Assembly (NCBI GenBank): GCA_003971905.1
Contig: RSEE01000141.1
Coordinates: 62,001-126,000, forward strand
Length of the DNA: 64,000 nucleotides
Source: Moniliella sp. 'wahieum'
Taxonomy: Eukaryota
Direction: 5' to 3'
How positions within the stretch are numbered: position 1 is the first letter of the stretch; each line of letters starts with the position of its first letter. Positions 11,990 through 25,734 of the stretch are shown piece by piece. The position numbers were made by a program, and so were the translations under genes. The notes beneath the pieces are model-generated. The model saw nothing but the letters and a program-made list of their open reading frames with translations, did not search any database and was not told where the DNA came from.

Positions 11990-14523
11990 CTAGTCGGCCA
12001 CAATGTCCTCCTTCCGCAGCCGCTTCTCGTCCAGGTCCTTGATCTTCTGGCCCTGCCGCGCAATGTCCGACGGCTCGTCCCGCATGATCCCCAGCCCCGT
12101 CTCCGCTTGGCCAGCTCCAGCACGTCCGTCAGCGGCAGCCACCATCGTGGTCAATGTCTAGCTTGTCCACAATGGCCTCAATCACATCCTCCGACGGCGC
12201 ATGCTTGATCAGCCGCAACGCCTGCGACAGGTCAGCCAACGAAATCTTGCCCGTCGGCGACGCCTCAATAATGTGCATCCGCGACCCCACGTCCCGGTCA
12301 TACGCCTCGAGCTGCGCATCAATCTGGCTCATCATCTTGTTGACCCGCTTGGCCAGACTGCGCGCCGCCACCGACGCCTTCTTCTCCGGCTCCACCGCCG
12401 CGGGGGTAGCCGCCGCATCCGTCGTGCCGGTCTGGCCCGTCTTGCCCGCCGCACCCTCGGCTGCCTCCTCGGTTGCCGCCGCCAGCACACTCGATTCCGG
12501 CGATGCACTGTTGGATGAAGCGGCGGCGACGCGGCCGACTGCCTGCGCGTCGTCTTCCCCACTCTGTTCGGGGTGCATCAGGCCCTCGCTTTCACGCACA
12601 AGCCGGTTCAGTTCCTCCCGCTCCCGCAGGACGGAGCTCTTGGCCGAAAGCAAGCTCAAAGCTTCGCCCAACTCGAGGAGCTGTTCCTTGGTCATATGTG
12701 GTTCTTCCGGCTCCGTCTCCCCTTCTGACGCCGACGGTTCCGACGCGCTTCTTCCGTCGCGGGGGCACCGGGAGCAGCCGGTGCATCCGATGACGCTACT
12801 GGCGCCGTCGAGGAAGGCTGCGTAGCAGACACAGGCGCTGCGGCAGAGGGAGCGCCACTAGCCGCATCTGCTGATACTGATGCTGCGCCTTTAGCTTGTT
12901 CCGCCGCTTTCCTTCTTAGCCTTCTCTGCTGCCTCCTTCTTGGCCTTCTCGGCAGCACGTGCTTCCTCCTCCTCCTGCTCTTGCTCCGCCTCGTCTTCAA
13001 TCAAGTCCTCCTGCTCCTCCAGCACCTCGAGACGTTCCTTGTTGGTCGCCGTGTTCTTGTTGACGTTCAACTCGGCCTCGTTGAGCAAGTTGTCAGGGAG
13101 CGAAGCGAGGGTAAGCTCGAGCGACTTGATGTACGGCGTCATGCCTTCCTCTTGCGATGCTGCATCCACCGCCCCAGCATTCGGGTGGGCAGCCGCATGC
13201 ATCAAGTTGAATGCCTTGCTGAGAATCAAGAGGGTACCACTGATGCGCTCGTGGAGGTGGAGGTTGATCCACTGGTCCAACTCGCGCTTCATTGCGTCGC
13301 GACCCAGGTGGACCGTAGCCAAGCCACCACGGTCCAGTACGGCCTTGCGCAACTCCTCATCCGACAAGTTGTCCGTGCCTTCCGACGCAAGCACCATATC
13401 GTCGTGGCGGATCTTGGTGAGTTTGTTACGGATTTGGTAGCGAAGGTAATTGTCGGTACCAAACGCGTGGATCTGCATGTAGCGACACACTCCCAGCTGT
13501 GGACGCGACAGGTTGTCCAGTGTCATATCATCGTCAAACAGTTTCGCCACATTAATCACGTCTTCCCGCGAAGGCTGTTCGCCCGTCGAGCGCACCTTGC
13601 GGAAAAATTCGGTAAAGGCTTCCTGGGCCTTTTGCGTGTCGCCATGCTGCGGCGTCAGGCCGCCGTCTTTGAGCGACTCTTGAAGGAACTTGGCCATCTC
13701 CAAGCGGACCTTGATCAGCCGCCGGCGCTTCTCCTCCACGGCAAACTTAGATTCGAAGGTAGACGGGAGCATGTTGGGGAACACCTTGATCGCCACCGGC
13801 AAGAGCAACTCGGCAAACGGCACAATCACAAATGGCACAAAGGGGATCAGACGCAACAAGTCGGCAAAGGTACGTCTCAATTGACGCTGCTCACGACGGG
13901 TCAGGGCATAGCCTAGGACAAGACGCCGAAGCAGACGGGCACTGATACTGATCTCCTTGCCCAGGAGCTTGGTGCCGTGCCAGTAGTGGGCGGCCTCTTC
14001 CTTGATGCCCTTCCAGGCGCGCTTCATCAGCGGGCCCTTCTTCTCCTCGGGCTTGTCGTCCTTGGGCTTGTCGGGTAGCGGGGTACGCGCCGAGGTGTGG
14101 AGGGCGAGCGCGGCGCGGGGCTGGACAAGGGGGGCACGGTGCAGCAGGGGCAGCTGGGCCGAGAGCGCGGTGTAGGCGGGGGGGGCGAGGCGCAGCGCAG
14201 CGGGCGACGGGCGGTGGGCGAACGCCGCACGCAGACTGGCGGGCGGCACAACCGCGCGGACGCCGGCAGAAGAGCCGAAGCGGGCGCCGACAGACGAGCC
14301 AAAGCGGGGCCCGCGCAGCAGCGGCCAGGGGCGAACGCAGCATGGGGGGCAGGCAACAGAGGTGGAGGCACAACCAGCCGGCGCGGGCGGGCTGGCTTCT
14401 TCTTGAGGACGTTTGCTGGGGCGACCCGGAACTGGCAATAAGACCGGCACGCGTCACGCTTCGGGCGGAAGGTTGACTGGTGACGCACGCCGCCTGGCGC
14501 CCGAAGGAGGGAAGGTTGAACAT
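11990..14523 (-). CDS. MDM38: LETM1/Mdm38 mitochondrial inner-membrane protein
   Basis: KEEAAHYWHGTKLL, LTRREQRQLRRT.ADLLRLIPFVPFVIVPFAELLLPVAIKVFPNMLPSTF, LTLDNLSRPQL and FGTDNYLRYQIR. C-terminal coiled coil and EF-hand-like DKLDIDHDG. Stop 11990; the start is approximate. Confidence 0.95.
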
Positions 14524-16947
14524 TGCAGATGGACTGCACATTGCCCTGCGCGCGCTGCTGCGTCTGTGTGGCCCGCCCCGCCCGCACGCTGCGCTGCGCA
14601 CGGACCGCGCACCCCGGACAGCGACACAGACGCACTGCGCCAGTCGTCGTCGCAGCGTCGACGTCATCTCGATCCCCTCCGTCTGCCATCATCCATCATC
14701 CATCTCACCCATCTTCGCTTCTCTTCCGTCGCATTAATAACCCGCTGGCCCTGGCCCGCGTCCTGTCCGAGGCCTTGGTGAACATGTGAACATGCAATCC
14801 TTCTGGCTCTCGCACGCATCCCCCAGCGCCCATCGTCGCCTCGTCCGCGTCATTACCATTCGTCATCAAAAAGCTCAAGCTCAGCCGGAGCACTGAGGGA
14901 CTGAGGCTCAGCCCACTAGCCAGCACCGAAGCTGTCACGTGGCTGTCACGTGGCGCATGTCAGCAAGCGCTCCGCTCCCACACAGCCCCCCCATTCCGGC
15001 CCGACCACACACACCCCCCCCCCTCCCCGTCCGCAAAGTCCGCCCCATCCGCCCCGTTCTGTCCCGTCTGCATCGGATTGTGCTGGGGCCTGCTGCGCGC
15101 TCAGGCGCTCAGGGCCCGCGGATGCGCAGATCCTCAGAGTCGCCGCCATCCCGGGGGCTGAGTCGCTTTGCGTTCCGCCCCCGGCCCATTCCGCGTCCGC
15201 TGCAGGCCCAACCTCCGGGCTAGGTGAGAAAGGTAGCAGATGCGAGATGCTCAATGGAAGGTGCAAGCGCCCGGGTGAAAGCGCGATGACGTCACGTGAC
15301 GTCCCTGCGGTCACGCGGACGCGGCACGCGGTGCCCGTCCCGAGCGCTGGGACCGCGGTGGTTAGATCGGCTTACGCCGTTACGTGGCTCGGTGTTATAT
15401 ATCCTGGGGTACTTGAAGCTTGAGATTCCTCCCGACCATCATGATGCAGAGGGCCATTATCGAGCTCGGACACTGAGCGGCTGAGCACACCAAGGGAGAG
15501 CCAGGGCCCAAGATCTCCAAGCCCGTATATATCTCCACCACCTCGAGCGTTTTTTCGCCCTCACACATGGGATCCGCCAGAATAGTAAGCGCGAAGCCCT
15601 AGCAGAGAAACCGAAAATCAACAATGGGCGGGTCCCGCGGTCATCGAATCGAGGTCATCGATCATCCGACAACCTATACTAGTAGTAGTATCTTATGTCC
15701 GCCATGCTCAACCCCACCGACGTCTCCAGCTGAGGTGGATAACAATCATCATCATTAATCACTGTACCTTGTGGCCACCGCGGTCCCCAGTCCAGGTCCC
15801 GTCCCGTAAGTCAGACCAAACGTGTTAACCAGGATGGCCAGTGCCATGTGGAAGGTAGTGGGGCGAGACCAAAGGGGAGAGAACATACGCGATATATGAG
15901 GGTAGGCCATTTTAGCCATAGCACAATCTCCAATCTCGTGCGTTCCATCCCATAGGCGCACACATATGCCAAGGGCCCACATTCGGCGGAAGCCAGGCGC
16001 GCTGGCCAGCGGCTGGAAGGATGCTCTGAACATCATGCCAGGGGATCGAGTGCTGGTCACTCTACCCTCAGTCGTCTCTGTGGTTCCTGTGGCTATCGGT
16101 TATCGGGTCCGCGAGATGAAAAAAAGGGGCATGGTCAGCAAGGCCCCACAAGCGAAACCGCCGCGCAAAAGAACTTTTAGGGTCAAGCGAACGAGACACT
16201 AGTCACTGTGCACAGTACGGACAATGCGACCAGCGCGGCTGAGTAGAACGAGATATGCCCCAGAAGAGAAAGAGGAAGAGTGGAAGGATGTGGTAGAGGT
16301 GTGCTTGCTTCCCTGGTCAGTACCAGTACTCAGTACTTAGTTGACATGTTGACATTGCCTCGCTCCCTCTCCCCCTTCCCCCGGGCTTTTCCCTGCGTTT
16401 CCGCCGCGGCAAACCGAGTCAGCAGGACTCAGACGCCGAGTCCCTCTCGGGGCTTGGGACGGGGTGGGATCGGGGATGTGGTGGGGTCTGGGAGGGTTCT
16501 TCTGGGCGCGTCACGCGTCACGTATTCGCTTGGTCGATGGTCAGCGCAACCAGTGACTATCGACGGACGTTAGTACTTGGTCGCTAGTTGCTAGTCGCTG
16601 GCAGTGCCAGGTCACATGTCACAGAACGGGGGTGACAAGGGGGCACCGACGGAGTGTTCCCACGCCTGGCAACGCGCGCCGCCCTTTGGGGTGTTTAATT
16701 CCTGCGGGCGAGAGGGCCACTGGCGCCGTGCGGGCTGCTGGCGCCACACGGTCACAGCCGCTGCGTGCTGCTGCGTGCGGCTGCATGCGGCTTTCTGTGC
16801 CCGACCAGGAAAGCGCGCCTTGGACAGCCAACGTCCGACGCACCCATCCGTACAAGCGCATCGCCCCTCCCCGCCCCCCCCTTGGCGACCTCCTTGCTTC
16901 CTCTCCTCCACCCCGTCTCCTCCTCCCCCCCGCCGTCCTCGCCCACC

Positions 16948-17700
16948 ATGTCAGGCAAGATGATGATCTACAAACTGGTTGTCCTGGGCGATGGCGGCGT
17001 AGGCAAGACCGCGCTGACGATCCAGGTGTGTACAGTTCGGTTCCCTAATGACTTTTTTTCTTTAACCTGGCTGCGACGTTTTTTTACCCCCACGGCACCA
17101 TGGCCAAACGGCCACCGCTAACCGCTGTCCTTGGTTTTGGTTTGTTCATATGTACCGCTCGCTTCGTGCTTGGCCGGGTGGAGTAGCTGTGCCTCAACCA
17201 TTTTGTCGAGACGTATGACCCGACCATCGAGGACTCGTATCGCAAACAAACTGTCATTGACGACCAGCCGTGTATGCTCGAGGTGCTCGACACGGCTGGG
17301 CAGGAGGAGTACACGGCGCTGCGGGACCAATGGTGCGCGAAGGCGAGGGGTTTCTGTTGGTGTACTCGATTGTGAGTCGGCCGACGTTGAGCGCATCGAG
17401 CGGTTCAAGAACCAGATTACGCGCGTGAAAGATGATCCTAATGTGCCCACCATCCTCGTGGGGAACAAGTGCGACAAGGCCGACGAGCGGGAAGTGGCGC
17501 CGGAAGAAGGCGAAGCGCTGGCGACCCGACTTGGGTGCCAGTTTGTCGAAACGTCAGCCAAGACGTGTGAATGTGGAAAAGGCGTATCTCAACGTTGTCC
17601 GCTTGATCCGCGAACAACGGGGTGAGATTGTCAAGCATGCACAAAGGGAAGGAGGAATCCATTCAAGTCCGACCCCAAGACCAAATGCTTCCTGTTTTAA
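16948..17700 (+). CDS. RAS2: Ras small GTPase, fungal Ras2 type
   Basis: [26 protein letters not shown], intron 17026-17186, then [33 protein letters not shown] and ETSAK. With one indel the C-terminus reads ...[17 protein letters not shown], a CAAX box. Confidence 0.97.
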
Positions 17701-18468
17701 TACGTTCCCGCCCCCCTCTTTCCCTCTGGCCCAAGGTTTTCTTCTTTCTTGTCTTTTGTAGACGCCCTCTTCCCAGCAACTTTATACCCCAAGAAAAGAG
17801 CTTCCTCCCCCCCCCCCCCCTGCCTTTCTCACTGTGCTTTCTGAGCATCCCTCCTTGCCTCGTGGCTGTGGATTGATACCTCCTCCAATAGGTCCACCGA
17901 CCACACCTCTTGCGGACGGATGGCGGTACGTTGCATGTTTTCCATCCCGTACTCCAACTTATGTCGCCCGTTTCGTTTGCAGACATGCTTGTGCCACCTT
18001 TGTTATGCCTTCTCTCTTCCTCGCATCTCTCCTCTCCCCAGCACAAGGTCAGTTTGGCTTGCATCAAGCCAGGCGAGGGCCGTGCCTCGTGGCGGTAGCG
18101 GGTTGCGATGCAGCACCTACACATCCCATTGCTAGTAGAGGGGGGCGCATGCGGCAGTGGATACTAGTTGCTACTGGCTAATTGCTCGGTACCAGTTACT
18201 AGTTGCTAGTTGCTCGTAACTCGTAACTCGTAACTGCCCGGTTACCGGTTATGACGGCGCCAGTGACCCAGGGGTACGGCCGCGCAGTTAGGACTTAGTA
18301 GGCGCCAGGCGCACACAACCGTTGGGCCCTGGTCCCCAATTTCATCTTTCAAAGCGGATTCAGACCGACGGGGCTACTAGTGGCTGGACGGCCTCCGCTC
18401 TCCTCCTATCCCCTCTCCTCTGCCCTCCTCTTCTCTCTCCTCTCCTCTCCATCCACCTCCACTTCGCC

Positions 18469-20671
18469 ATGCCTGAGCACCCGGCTGGCCTGCCGTCCTG
18501 GCCCACGGGGCAGCGCAGGCTGCGACGCACATCCCGCGCGTGCTGGCGTTCGAGTACGCTGCCACTGCCGTGGGGCAGCCGTTCGAGGTGGCCCGCATCC
18601 TGCTCCAGCTCCAATGGGCTCCTCGGCACGACCCATCTACCCGGCTTGCCCAGCTCGCCATCGACAGCAACGAAACCATGGCAGAGGGCACGAGCTACCG
18701 CTTGCTCCTCCCCTCCTCCCCCCCACCTCTTCGCTCGTCCTCGTCAGCGCCCCCAATCCAATCTCCATCTCAGGCTCCTTCTTCATCCCCGTCTGCACCC
18801 CCATCCCAACCTCCATCTCCATCTCCGTCTCCGTCTGCGTTTCATTGTCCATCTCCCTCTCTCCCTCTGCACCAGCCCCCTCCCACTTCTTTGGCCTCGC
18901 CCCACCAACTCTAATTCCTGCTGCTACGGACGGTACCCACCTCTTACCCCATGGCCAGTCCGGGCTTACCTCTGCTTCGGAGACCATGGCCAACGCTCAG
19001 AAAGCGCCTCCTCCCTACCCCACGCCCCAGCGCCATCCCAAGTCCACGCATAGGCTCACTGACCCCGATGCCGATCCGGACACGAGTGATGCAGGTGCCC
19101 TGTTGGAATCGGTCTGGGCTGACACTCCGAACGAAGATTCACGCACTGAATTTACGCCGCTTGCGCGACCGCCCACGCCTTCTCCTGAGCTCTGGCCCGA
19201 AGCAGAGGCCGACTGGGCTTCCGATACTACCCCCGCTCAAGAAGAAGAGGACCGATCGTCCAGTGCTTCCCTCCGTAACCACTCTCCCGAGGGTCGGATG
19301 CATCCTCCCTTCTCTCCCCCCCTTCCTCCAGTTCAGGTACGTTTTACGTTTACGTTTTACCTTGCCCCTGCATCTTGCCTACTAGCTATCATGCATGCTA
19401 GGTCACTGATCCTACTTATCATCAGGTCCAGACCCAGGCCGAGACCCAAGTCCAGGAGGAGGCTAAGGAACCCCACCCCTTCTCCGCGCCGAGATGCAAC
19501 CCCCTCACCGGAGCCTGCCAATGCCCCCCTCGTCGCACAAAGATACTGTGCGCGCGCACGTTCCCCCCTCGAGCAATGCAGGACCCAAGTCCTCCACCCT
19601 ACCCATACTCTACTCTGGTGGGCTAGGGATATGACGCGCGCGCTGCTGCGTGGTCCAGAAGGGTGGAGGGCGCTGTTCAAAGGGACCAGCACGACATTTG
19701 TTATGGAAGCGTTGGAGCGTATTCTGGTCCCGTCTCTGCATCGCCTATTGGCAAGGATGACGGGACTACGCGCGGAGGAGCTGGGCTTGCCTTGGCCGTC
19801 CGGGTGGTGGCGGATCAGCCGTGGCAGGCGCAGCTTTAGCCCTCGCCCCTCGTCCATGGCAAGTGTGGGGCGCAGCGGTCCTGTCGTATTCTGTGGTGCG
19901 CATGGCCCTGGTCCCGCTCGACACGCGGACTAGGATGGTAGCGCAATCAACTTTGTCTGGACAACGCAAGTACCAGCTGGGTGGGGGACGTTGCCCGGGC
20001 TACGGATGATGGCAGAGGAAGAAGGTGGATGGGCACAACTTTGGTTTGCACCGCACATTTTTTGGCCTGCGGTACTGGATTGTACGTGGCGGCCGGGATT
20101 GTTATTTGCTACCCCTCTCTTGGTCGATAAGATGTTTCCGTATGACCGGGCACAACCAGCCACCTCGGCCCGCGTTCTGCTCTCGCTCGTTTGCCAGATC
20201 TCGGCGCTCTGGTCACCCTGCCCATTGAGACGGTTCGTCGGCGGATGCAGGTGCAGCCTCGGTTCGATCGGGATCACCATGCGCAGAGCCTAGCTCGGCA
20301 GAGAGCGAAGCATTACGAGCTCGTCACCACGCTTCGCACGCTCTTCCCAAGCCCGCCCTTCCCACCATTCAACCCGTACCACTGCTCGGGCCCGGGACGG
20401 GCTACCTGATTCGGATCCAGGGGTTGCGGACGTGTGTCGAGACGCGTCCGCTTGCGTACCGGGGCGTGATGGATGCGTTGGTACGAATCGTGCAGGAAGA
20501 AACGTCGACGCCACCTGGGTCTTGCCCCCCCCGCACGCGCTCATTCCCACCTCTGGCATCTACTCGCTGTACCGCGGCTTCTCCATTGCGTCCATGACTC
20601 TGCTGGCCGAGGCAGCGCTGGCGCTCTTGCTGGGCGAAGCCACACCAACGGGCATCTGGGCTGAACTGTAG
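18469..20671 (+). CDS. UGO1: Mitochondrial outer-membrane fusion protein Ugo1 (carrier-fold)
   Basis: FEYAATAVGQPFEVARILLQLQW, EGWRALFKG, PLDT.RTRMVAQS, MMAEEEGGW, LVTLPIETVRRRMQVQ and GIYSLYRGF, with a long acidic/Pro insertion after the first carrier motif. Probable intron ~19337-19425. Confidence 0.85.
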
Positions 20672-20979
20672 AACCCCACTCACACTCTCACATCCCCTTT
20701 CCGTCCCACCATGCCCTCCCCCCCCCTATTACGGGGTTCCGTCGTTGCATGCGCTTTCCCCCGCGCCGATATCCTAATCCCCCCCACTTCCCCCCCTCCT
20801 CCGCCCCTTCCCACGCTACCTCTACGCCCATGCCCATTGGCTCTCAAGGAGACGTGCATTAATTGAAACGCAGTACCAAATGGCAATAAGATGCAAACTC
20901 AGGGCAAGGCCAGGGGCAGGTTTTGACCTTGGGTCCGGTCCGGAACGCGTAGGTACGTGATGCATAATGATAAACGATG

Positions 20980-23394
20980 TTAGCACCCGCCCGCACACCC
21001 GCCCAACAGCCCCAACAACTCAGCGGGCCCAAGCGGCCTGCTTCATGAGCAGGTTGGCAATGCTCGCTGCGCCTTCGCCCAACACAAAGCCCGAAGCGAC
21101 GACGGTGATGGTGAAGCCCGGCAAGGCTTCATCGAGCTTCGACGTGGCGCCGACGCAGCATGACGGCGCCGCCGTCGCGCCAAGGCATAGGACGAGATGG
21201 CACCGCCAATCAGGCGGGCCAGACTAAAGTTGGGCGTGTTGAGGATTCCTACGGAGAAGGCAATACCCGAAGGCAAGTAGTCGGCGCAGGTTACCCACGC
21301 CGGTACGCTGGTGGCCTGGTCGGTTTCAGGGTCGGAAGGGCGCTCGCGCGCCAGTTGGGCACGCTTGGTCCGCGCCAAGCTCCGCATCGCCCCCGTCACG
21401 GCAAACAGCGCTGCACTGCCTACCATGAACGAGGCCACATGGGGGGGAAGCGAGCCGTGGTTGACCAAGCGGGCCAAGTTGAGCCACAACGGCCGCTGGG
21501 GCGCGGGGAACTCAGGGCCCGGAATGGTGTAGGTGGACGAGTACATGAGGTAGGCTCCCGCACTCACTGCCACTCCGAATGTGGAACCGACCATCTGGCC
21601 TACAAACAGCGTGCGCGGCGAGGCACCCACCAAGTGACCCGTCTTGAGGTCTTGCAACAGGTCACCCGCTTGCATCGCCCCGGCCTCGGCAATCGCGCCA
21701 GCAATCAAGTTGGCCACCACATGCCCGGCTGGATCAAGGCAAACAGGACCTGGACAGCTTGCCAATCGACGAGGTCGGGTTCAAGTCCGTCTCGCCTAAC
21801 GCTCGCACGCCCAAAATGGCCAAAAACGAAGACAGAATCACAGCCAACACGGTGGCCCACCATGCGATCCCACGGGGTCCAAACGCCCAATGGATCAGCA
21901 CCACACACAGTGCAGTGGACCAAAGCAGGCCCCATGCAATCCACGAAGGAGGCACAAGGCGACTAGCAGGCTCATGCTCTCATCTACCGCCAACGCGGAT
22001 GCGCGAGGCGAGGCACGCACATGCGTGTTGTTGCTGGTGCTTCTTGGGGGGGACAAGGAAGCGTCCGGGGGGGGGAAGACGAGTGTATCCAGTCCTTGCT
22101 AGAGCACCAAGCCTTGATGTCCTGCCACCATGCGCCGCACCAAGTGCCACCAGACCCAACACGATTCCGCCGACATGATCGCCAACGAGATCCACACAAT
22201 CCAAGCCCGCGCCCCGTTTCCCCATCGAGCGGTGCACCCTGGCCCAGCCGCACTGGGTCGCCAAAGGTGAGAGGAACGCCCACCCACACAAATGCGCCTG
22301 CCGTCATGCTTAGCGTGGTAGGAAGACCCATGATGATGCCCTGGCCGACATAGGAAAAGAAGGAGTAAACCACCATCCCCATTTGCGGGCAAGGCCTATG
22401 GCTGGAAGTGGTTGAGCGGAGCGAGAGCCATGTCAAACACAGGAATGGCGTACAGGACGGGAGGAAAAAAGAGGCAAGAGTAATACGGTGCTACAAGCTC
22501 GCAAACAAAGCATTCCACCCAGCCGGTTCTTCCTTAAGCTCCGAACGCGGGGTGGAGCAGGAGAGCGTTCTGGCTTGAGTGGCCTGAGTCACAGGCAGGA
22601 GTGGTTCCCACCGCCCCATACCCCGAGGGGCGAGCAGTGTCAACTTCAGGCGCGGGGCCTGAGACCGAGTGGCAGAAGCCTCCTCCAACCGAGATTTCAC
22701 ATTTTGAGCCGTTTCGGCAGAGACTGGGTCGGTAACCAAAGGCCGGCGATGCAGAACAGCAATCAGCTGCGCTGTGGCCGTGCCTGAAGGAAAGCGAAGT
22801 TTTTCTTTTAGAATAATGGGTCCTCGGAGCGGCGAGGCGAAAAAGACGCCAAAATAGGCCAGACCGATGCACCAGATGGTGAGTTGAAGAGGGGAAAAGT
22901 GAATGGGGCTCACGCCATCACGCACGGGGTCCAGTTGCCCCAAAGCGGGCACAATGCCCACCATCCTGCCGAGAGCGGCATGCCGCCGACGGCAACAGCT
23001 GTGGCCTGGACCAGTGTGTTCTCTGCTGGCGTGAATGGTGCGTTGTGAAAGAGAGTACGGGAAATGGCGGGAGGGATGGCCTTAAAGATGCCAAACCGAG
23101 CAGCGCAGCCTGGAGCGAGGCCATGGTAATCCATCCGCTCTGCAGCCAAAAAAGGTATTGGTAAAGCAGATGAGGGTGCGACGGCAAGGCGACGACGAGC
23201 GCAGAGTGAGGTCGTCGTTGGTGGTGCTGGTGGTGTTGATGCGAGGGCGGGGGGGGCGGGGGAGGGCGTAATCCGTCGCGCGCACCTCGGGGTCGGGCGA
23301 CTGCGGCGGGGACTGGGCGTGTGGGTGATGGGCATGGAGCGCGGGGTCTTGCCAAGGCGCGCGCCATCGGGGATGGGCTGGGGCTCAAGGACAT
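20980..23394 (-). CDS. Oligopeptide transporter (OPT/YSL family)
   Basis: LICFTN.YFGLQSGWITMASLQAALLGF, FTPAENTLVQATAVAVGGMPL, EKLRFPSGTATAQLI, YVGQGIIMG, VRALGETDLNP, AMQAGDLLQDLKTGHLVGASPR and PSGIAFSVGI. Cys-rich tail ending GGCAGGC*. Confidence 0.93.
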
Positions 23395-23873
23395 GGCAGG
23401 GGGGCCATAGACGGAGGGCTGGAGCGGGCGAGGGGTGGGTGGTGGCCAGGGCGATGGAGCACGCGACGGTTTCCCTTTGCTCCCCTGGCTCGCACGCTGC
23501 TCACACCGGCCTCGCATCCGCCGCATCCCTCGGCACAAAAAAATGACGACTGCGGGCGGCGCTCGGCCGATTATCGATTGCGTCGCCGCCGCCCGGCACG
23601 GCGCCAGTGTCTGTACATGGTCTTCCGGAGATAAGGCAGCACATGGCGCTTAGGCTCAGCGCTCACGCGTCACGCGCCCCGTGCCACGCTTGACGCGGCG
23701 CCTTCGGCCACGGGCCCAGTCACCAAGGCAAGAAGCCCAGTCCAGGCCTGCTCTCCTCGGGTGGGGGTTCTGGCTGTGGAATACGAGTCGGAGATGAGAA
23801 GGACACACGGCAATCATTGACAATCAATTCATCATTTATCACCTCGTCTTGCTCGCCTTCGGCCCGCGGCATG

Positions 23874-25734
23874 CTACACCTGTTGCAGAGGGTGTACCCG
23901 CGCGCCACCTGCGCCGAGCACAGCTCAGCTCCAGCGGCATCGACACCACCGACGCCACCAGGATGCCAAGCGTGTCGCCAAAGCCCACACACACCGATGC
24001 GGAAACTCGTGATCCTGCGTCGCCCGCACCGCCGCCGTCTCGGCGCTAGCCGCATCCTCGTACTCCTCCGCATCCACCCTCGGCGGCGACATGCCAATGT
24101 GGTAGAGACCGATACACTGTCCACCCCACGCACACCATCCGTTAGACATACGCCAGCCACGAAAGAACAAAACAGAACAGAGCAGAACAAAGACTAACTA
24201 GGAATAGCCGCCTGCCAGCCTTCGACCGCGATCAGCACGACTGCCAGCGAGGGTGCGATGGATGTTCGGAACCAATGAAAGACCGCTTCGGTAGATAGAA
24301 TGGCGAGCAACGTGCATTGGCAAACCGCAGGCGCCCATAGCCACTGGCGCGGGATGGCAGGCAGTTTGAATACCGACACGGACGATCGGGAGAGAAAAAC
24401 AAAGGTCTGGTAGCACAGTTGGTAGAACGCATAGTAGTCGGCTAGTTTCTTGTAAATGCGCGACAAGAGTGGGTGCTCAGCATGGTGGGTAAGGGGTATA
24501 GGAGTACAGGGCTGACCGCTTGGTTAATCAAGTACTCCGCCAAGTACTCTGCCCTCGTCCTGTCAGTAGGGTACAACGTGCACGAGAGCCTTGGGGAGGC
24601 CTTCGCACAGGCCTGAGCCTCCGGCCCGAACTGAGAAACGTAAAAAACAGAGGCAAATATATGGGAGCGCATTGGTTTGAGTAGCCTCAGCTTCTCGTCC
24701 AAAGACAGCTTGACCTGCTTGGCCTCGTCCTCCAAGTGGATTTCGTACGTTGTTGGGCCCGCATCGGGAGCCATGGGGGCCGAAGCGACCTGGTCCAGTA
24801 CCTGCAACTCATTTTCCGCCTCCTCCTCCTCATCAGCATCATTAGCATCGTCATGAGCATTGAGGTTGTAGTCGTCACTTGATGTCCGGAGACGGCTCGT
24901 AGTAGGCACAGCCGAATACAAGTGGATTCTTGCTCGGCCTGAACGGTGGCAGGAGAAGGAGAAGGAAAAGATAGGCTAGGATCATTCCCCATGGCATAGG
25001 GGATAGAATACTGAGCCCACCCTTAACCCCAAAGGGTCGCACAATCCACCACGCGCCTGCACCTACCAGGCCGGCCCCGCCAGTGCCGGATGCAAACCAG
25101 CCGACGCCATGCCCCGAGGCGCCAGCATGCGAGTACCGAGTAGACAGTTGGAGGAAAGTTAGTTCACCTAGACCGGAGCTGAAACTGGCCAGAGCAATGC
25201 CACACAGTCGGACGACAAGGGAAGGTGTGAGGGCAATCATCTGGGTTAGAAACGACGACAAGTCAGCAGCCACAATCCTAGAAAAAAGGGCATGTACAAA
25301 ACGTACCATCAACCCTACAAAGCTCATAGTGGAGCAGATCCAGATTCGGCGCGCATACCGGACGGTACCCGTTAGAATATAGGGGAAGAGGGCTTTGGAT
25401 ATGAGGGCAGGAGCAATGTTGACGCACGCGACTACCCCCGTTGGCACGCCCGCCGGAAGGAGCTCGAGGGCAGCAGTAAGGATGACGACGTAGAGAGCAT
25501 TGTTAATGACGCCAAATATGAAAAAGGCGGCGGCGAGGCGGGCCAGAGCAGGATGGGTAGGAGTGGACAAATGAAGACGAGGGCACCAGGCGCCAAGTTG
25601 ATTCAGGCGGGAGTTCATCGGTGGCGGCAGCGATCGCGGCACCGGCGTGGACCGGGAGGCGTGGCGGGGGCGGTGGTGGCAGGATTCGTGGGCGTAATCG
25701 ACGCGTCACGCAGCTGAATGGACTCGGGGGGCAT
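23874..25734 (-). CDS. BTN1: Battenin / CLN3 homolog, vacuolar membrane protein
   Basis: AFFIFGVINNALYVVILTAA, GIALASFSSGLGELTFL, ASGTGGAGLVGA, YLAEYLINQAVSP, YQLCYQTFVFLSRSS and EFRIG.VGF.DTLGIL. Several short introns. Confidence 0.94.

Noticed and set aside
6793..13916. Long plus-strand ORFs antisense to the Est1-like and LETM1 genes (e.g. 7181-8053, 10692-11651, 12981-13916)
   Set aside because: These are shadow ORFs expected in GC-rich coding DNA, with no recognisable domains.
15441..15484. Possible C/D box snoRNA (ATGATG...CTGA)
   Set aside because: Box C is imperfect, the element is too short, and I see no terminal stem or rRNA-complementary guide.
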